The notes beneath the pieces are model-generated. The model was not told the origin of the DNA. It saw nothing but the letters and a program-made list of their open reading frames with translations, and made no database searches. A DNA stretch of 64,000 nt from Yuukianura sp. NJ FZ-2021 (lineage: Eukaryota): assembly GCA_046563655.1 (NCBI GenBank), contig CM102284.1, positions 5,022,001 through 5,086,000 on the forward strand, in the 5' to 3' direction. The position numbers were made by a program, and so were the translations under genes. This document shows, one piece after another, positions 61,201 through 64,000 of this stretch. Numbering within the stretch: the first letter of the stretch is position 1; each line of letters begins with the position of its first letter.

Positions 61201-64000
61201 TGAGCTTTGAACAAAAAAATAAGGCTTTCTCGGATTTGAAATTCCCAATTTTTCTCAACTGGCGTCAAACCATACTAATCATTGTCAAAAAAGATTAATT
61301 TTTAAGTTAAATTTTTGTAAATTTGACATAGGAAATCACACGAATTTGCTTCCAAAAAAGAAGGAAATTTTGAAAACAAACAACAATCAAGGTGAATGGA
61401 AGGTGAGGTCAAATGGTCAAGTGCAAGGGACAATGACTATACTACGTCATACTCGTAATGAAGCAACCTTTGTTTGTTTTTTGGTAATTTCCAATTCTAA
61501 GGTTTCAAAAAATCAAAAATGGTAAATGTACTTCTTGAATTGAATTTTAATTTCTCTTTTGTGTGATAATTAACCGGACTTGTCAAAAACGTAAATTTTC
61601 AATTTTATTTTGTTTGGTCGATCAACCCACAACAATGTGCAAAGGAAATGGAAACAAAATCCATAGCTAGACATCTTTAGAAAAAAGAGAAAGAAAAAGT
61701 TTGTCACAACGGGAGTGGAATAATTAGAAAACCAAAATTTTAGAACAAGCTCAAAAAAGTGGAGAAAACGGAATTCTATGTTCCAGGAATAGTGTTCCGT
61801 GCGTAATAAATTATTGCAACTCTAGAAATCTTTCCGATACATCTAATTTTAGGCCAAAACAACAAAAACAAAAATAGAACAAAAAAACAGGACAAAAGTT
61901 TCCTTTTGGAAAATTCACTTGCCCCGTTCTGCTTTCACCTGTGCTTTCACTTTCATTTCAGAAAAAAAAGCAAACGTCAAAATAGATACATTTTTGTAGC
62001 CTAAATTACATTCCTGCACGATTCTCCTACTTTCACTCAAACCAAAATTAGTCTCATATTTTGTCAACAAAATCGACCCTCGGTTGAGGTTGACCTGCTT
62101 CCGAATTTAGTTCACAAAAAACACAATCATAAGGAATTTCGATTTCGACTTTTAAGAAAATTACTTTTTGTATTCAGAATTAGAAATCAGAAAACAATTT
62201 TTTGTACGGAGATTTTTTTCTCGCAAAATTAAATAAGCCTCATCAATCATGGTCAATTCTTCTCAGATGGAAATTGCCAATTGATTCTCAAAATTTCATT
62301 TCGATTTTGGTTAACAAAGAATTTCCCCGCAGAGAAGAACAACGAACGCCAGAAAGCCTAAAAATCAATTCTGTCTGCACTCGGCGACTAAAATGCTGTC
62401 CACCCTACCTTATTTTCTTTTCGTAACCTACATTATGGCTAAGGTGAAAGTAAACCTGCGGCGATGTAATACGCTTTGAAGTTGATAGGAATCAATGATT
62501 AATGGACCTTGTTTATTCAACTAAAAATTTACGTTAAGGGCCTGTTCACATATTACGTGCCCCCTTTTTCCGTTTCCGTCTTTTAAAATTGCGGGAAAGT
62601 TTGAATGAGGGGTTTTCCTCGCTAGCTCTCTTGGAGGTCAAAGGTGTGTGATCCTGTGACCTCCTGTTATTATTGTTATGTTGTGTGAAAATAACAATGG
62701 AAGAGGAGAAAATCAAGTGGTTTTGGTTTGGTTAAGGGTGGAACAATGTCGAACATGATCCATGGACTCTAATGATACACTTCTTACCTACATAACCATC
62801 CTAACCTGTTCAAATAACAATGGGAATCATTATGATTGTTACGCATCCTACGCAAAACAACAAAAGAAACATCAAAATTACAATCACGTCAAAGTGCCAA
62901 CTTTTTCCTCATTTTATAGGTTTTGGCAGTTCAGATGATGGTTTTATGAGTGTGAGCCAAGTATATAGAGGGTCACTGCAACCAATGACCTCGTGAATTG
63001 ACCCCTGCCATGCCCTTAAGTGAGAATTCAGGATTCAGTTTGCAATAAATGTGGGAAACTAAAAAATAAAAAAATTTGGCTGAGAACTTGCTGCCAATTA
63101 AGAAAAACGGACGAGAGGATGAAATGGAAACTGAAAAATGCAACAGAAACAACAAAATTCTGAGCACGACATTGCCAAATGTCGAAAAAAAAAGACAAGG
63201 CACGGCAAACTAAAAAATATTGAAAACAAAAAAAAAATTTTTTTAAATTTGCACATTTTGCAGGAGACGTTGCAGTTTATGGGCGGAGGAAGAAACTTTA
63301 TGCGAATTAAAATCTGTAGGAAGCAAATAAATCGAGAAAACAAGATGAAAACGTGATTGTTTTAATTTGGATTGTGCGAAAAACACGTTTGCCAAAATTT
63401 TCAATTAAAATACATTTCGTCATAACCATCTTTGCATTCAAAGTAATTGAAATACTTTTTTTTGGCAGGGCCAATTACTGCTGTAATTGGATTGCACTAC
63501 AATCAATCGAACCAAGTATTCAAATCTCGAAATTTCATAATTTCAAAATCCATCACTTTTTCCTTTTCAAAGGCTAATCAAATAAAAGTTAGTGTTATTA
63601 GATACGTTATGCAGTTGAAACAAAAACATTTTTTGTGTGAATTTAAAATTATGGATTTACGATTCGAAGCAAGTAAAAATTGCAGTCATTTTTTTCGTTT
63701 AGTTTCACAACGTTAGCAAAAACGGATCTGTCAGAAGTAATAAGTTCGTTTTAGGGAATCGTGAGAAAAATGTGCCGAATACTATTGCAAATTTAATTGC
63801 ACGTTACGTGAGCTAGTAAGGGAAACAGCCAACAGGCAAAGAAGAACTTTTGCTTGATTTCATGTTACGCCAAAAGATTTGCCTGATTTCTGCTGCAGGA
63901 GCGAATTCTGATTGCAAAATCTACCTGCTGATGTACCTACCTAGTCCAACTGTACAAGATTTACAATGTTTCGAATTTTATGAATGAAAATCCCATTTGC

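Noticed and set aside
55300-64000. Short ORFs such as 58970-59161 and 60878-61111 as upstream exons or TE relics
   Set aside because: No recognisable domains or convincing splice-frame support; probably intronic or regulatory DNA of the large - strand gene.

Overview
AT-rich eukaryotic genomic DNA with short (about 55-95 nt) GT-AG introns. It is almost certainly arthropod, because it contains a pigment-dispersing factor gene and a gustatory-receptor-like gene. All gene models were spliced by hand. On the + strand, in order: PAIP1, an uncharacterised acidic protein that may splice in frame into a GR-like 7TM receptor, a Shisa-like single-pass gene, a PDF/PDH neuropeptide precursor (missed by the ORF track), an annexin, and a tandem cluster (22.4-31.2 kb) of small single-pass proteins with juxtamembrane Cys clusters and, in some, PPxY tails. 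The cluster is interrupted by an antisense MYCBP-like/RVxF gene. Further along on the - strand: an ASPH-N-terminus-like gene with no visible catalytic domain, an EMSY/ENT-domain gene, a C-type lectin, and a very large low-complexity gene with an optional membrane-anchor ending and a nested + strand gene. A dispersed repeat family lies at about 33.7-34.6, 42.9-43.1 and 44.3-45.6 kb. The best candidate for a novel system is at 28.9-31.2 kb: three paralogous phase-1 first exons, each encoding a different transmembrane helix, lie upstream of one shared PPxY tail, suggesting a variable-exon/constant-exon membrane adaptor. The ends of the window (1-4.2 kb and 55.3-64 kb) gave no convincing genes.
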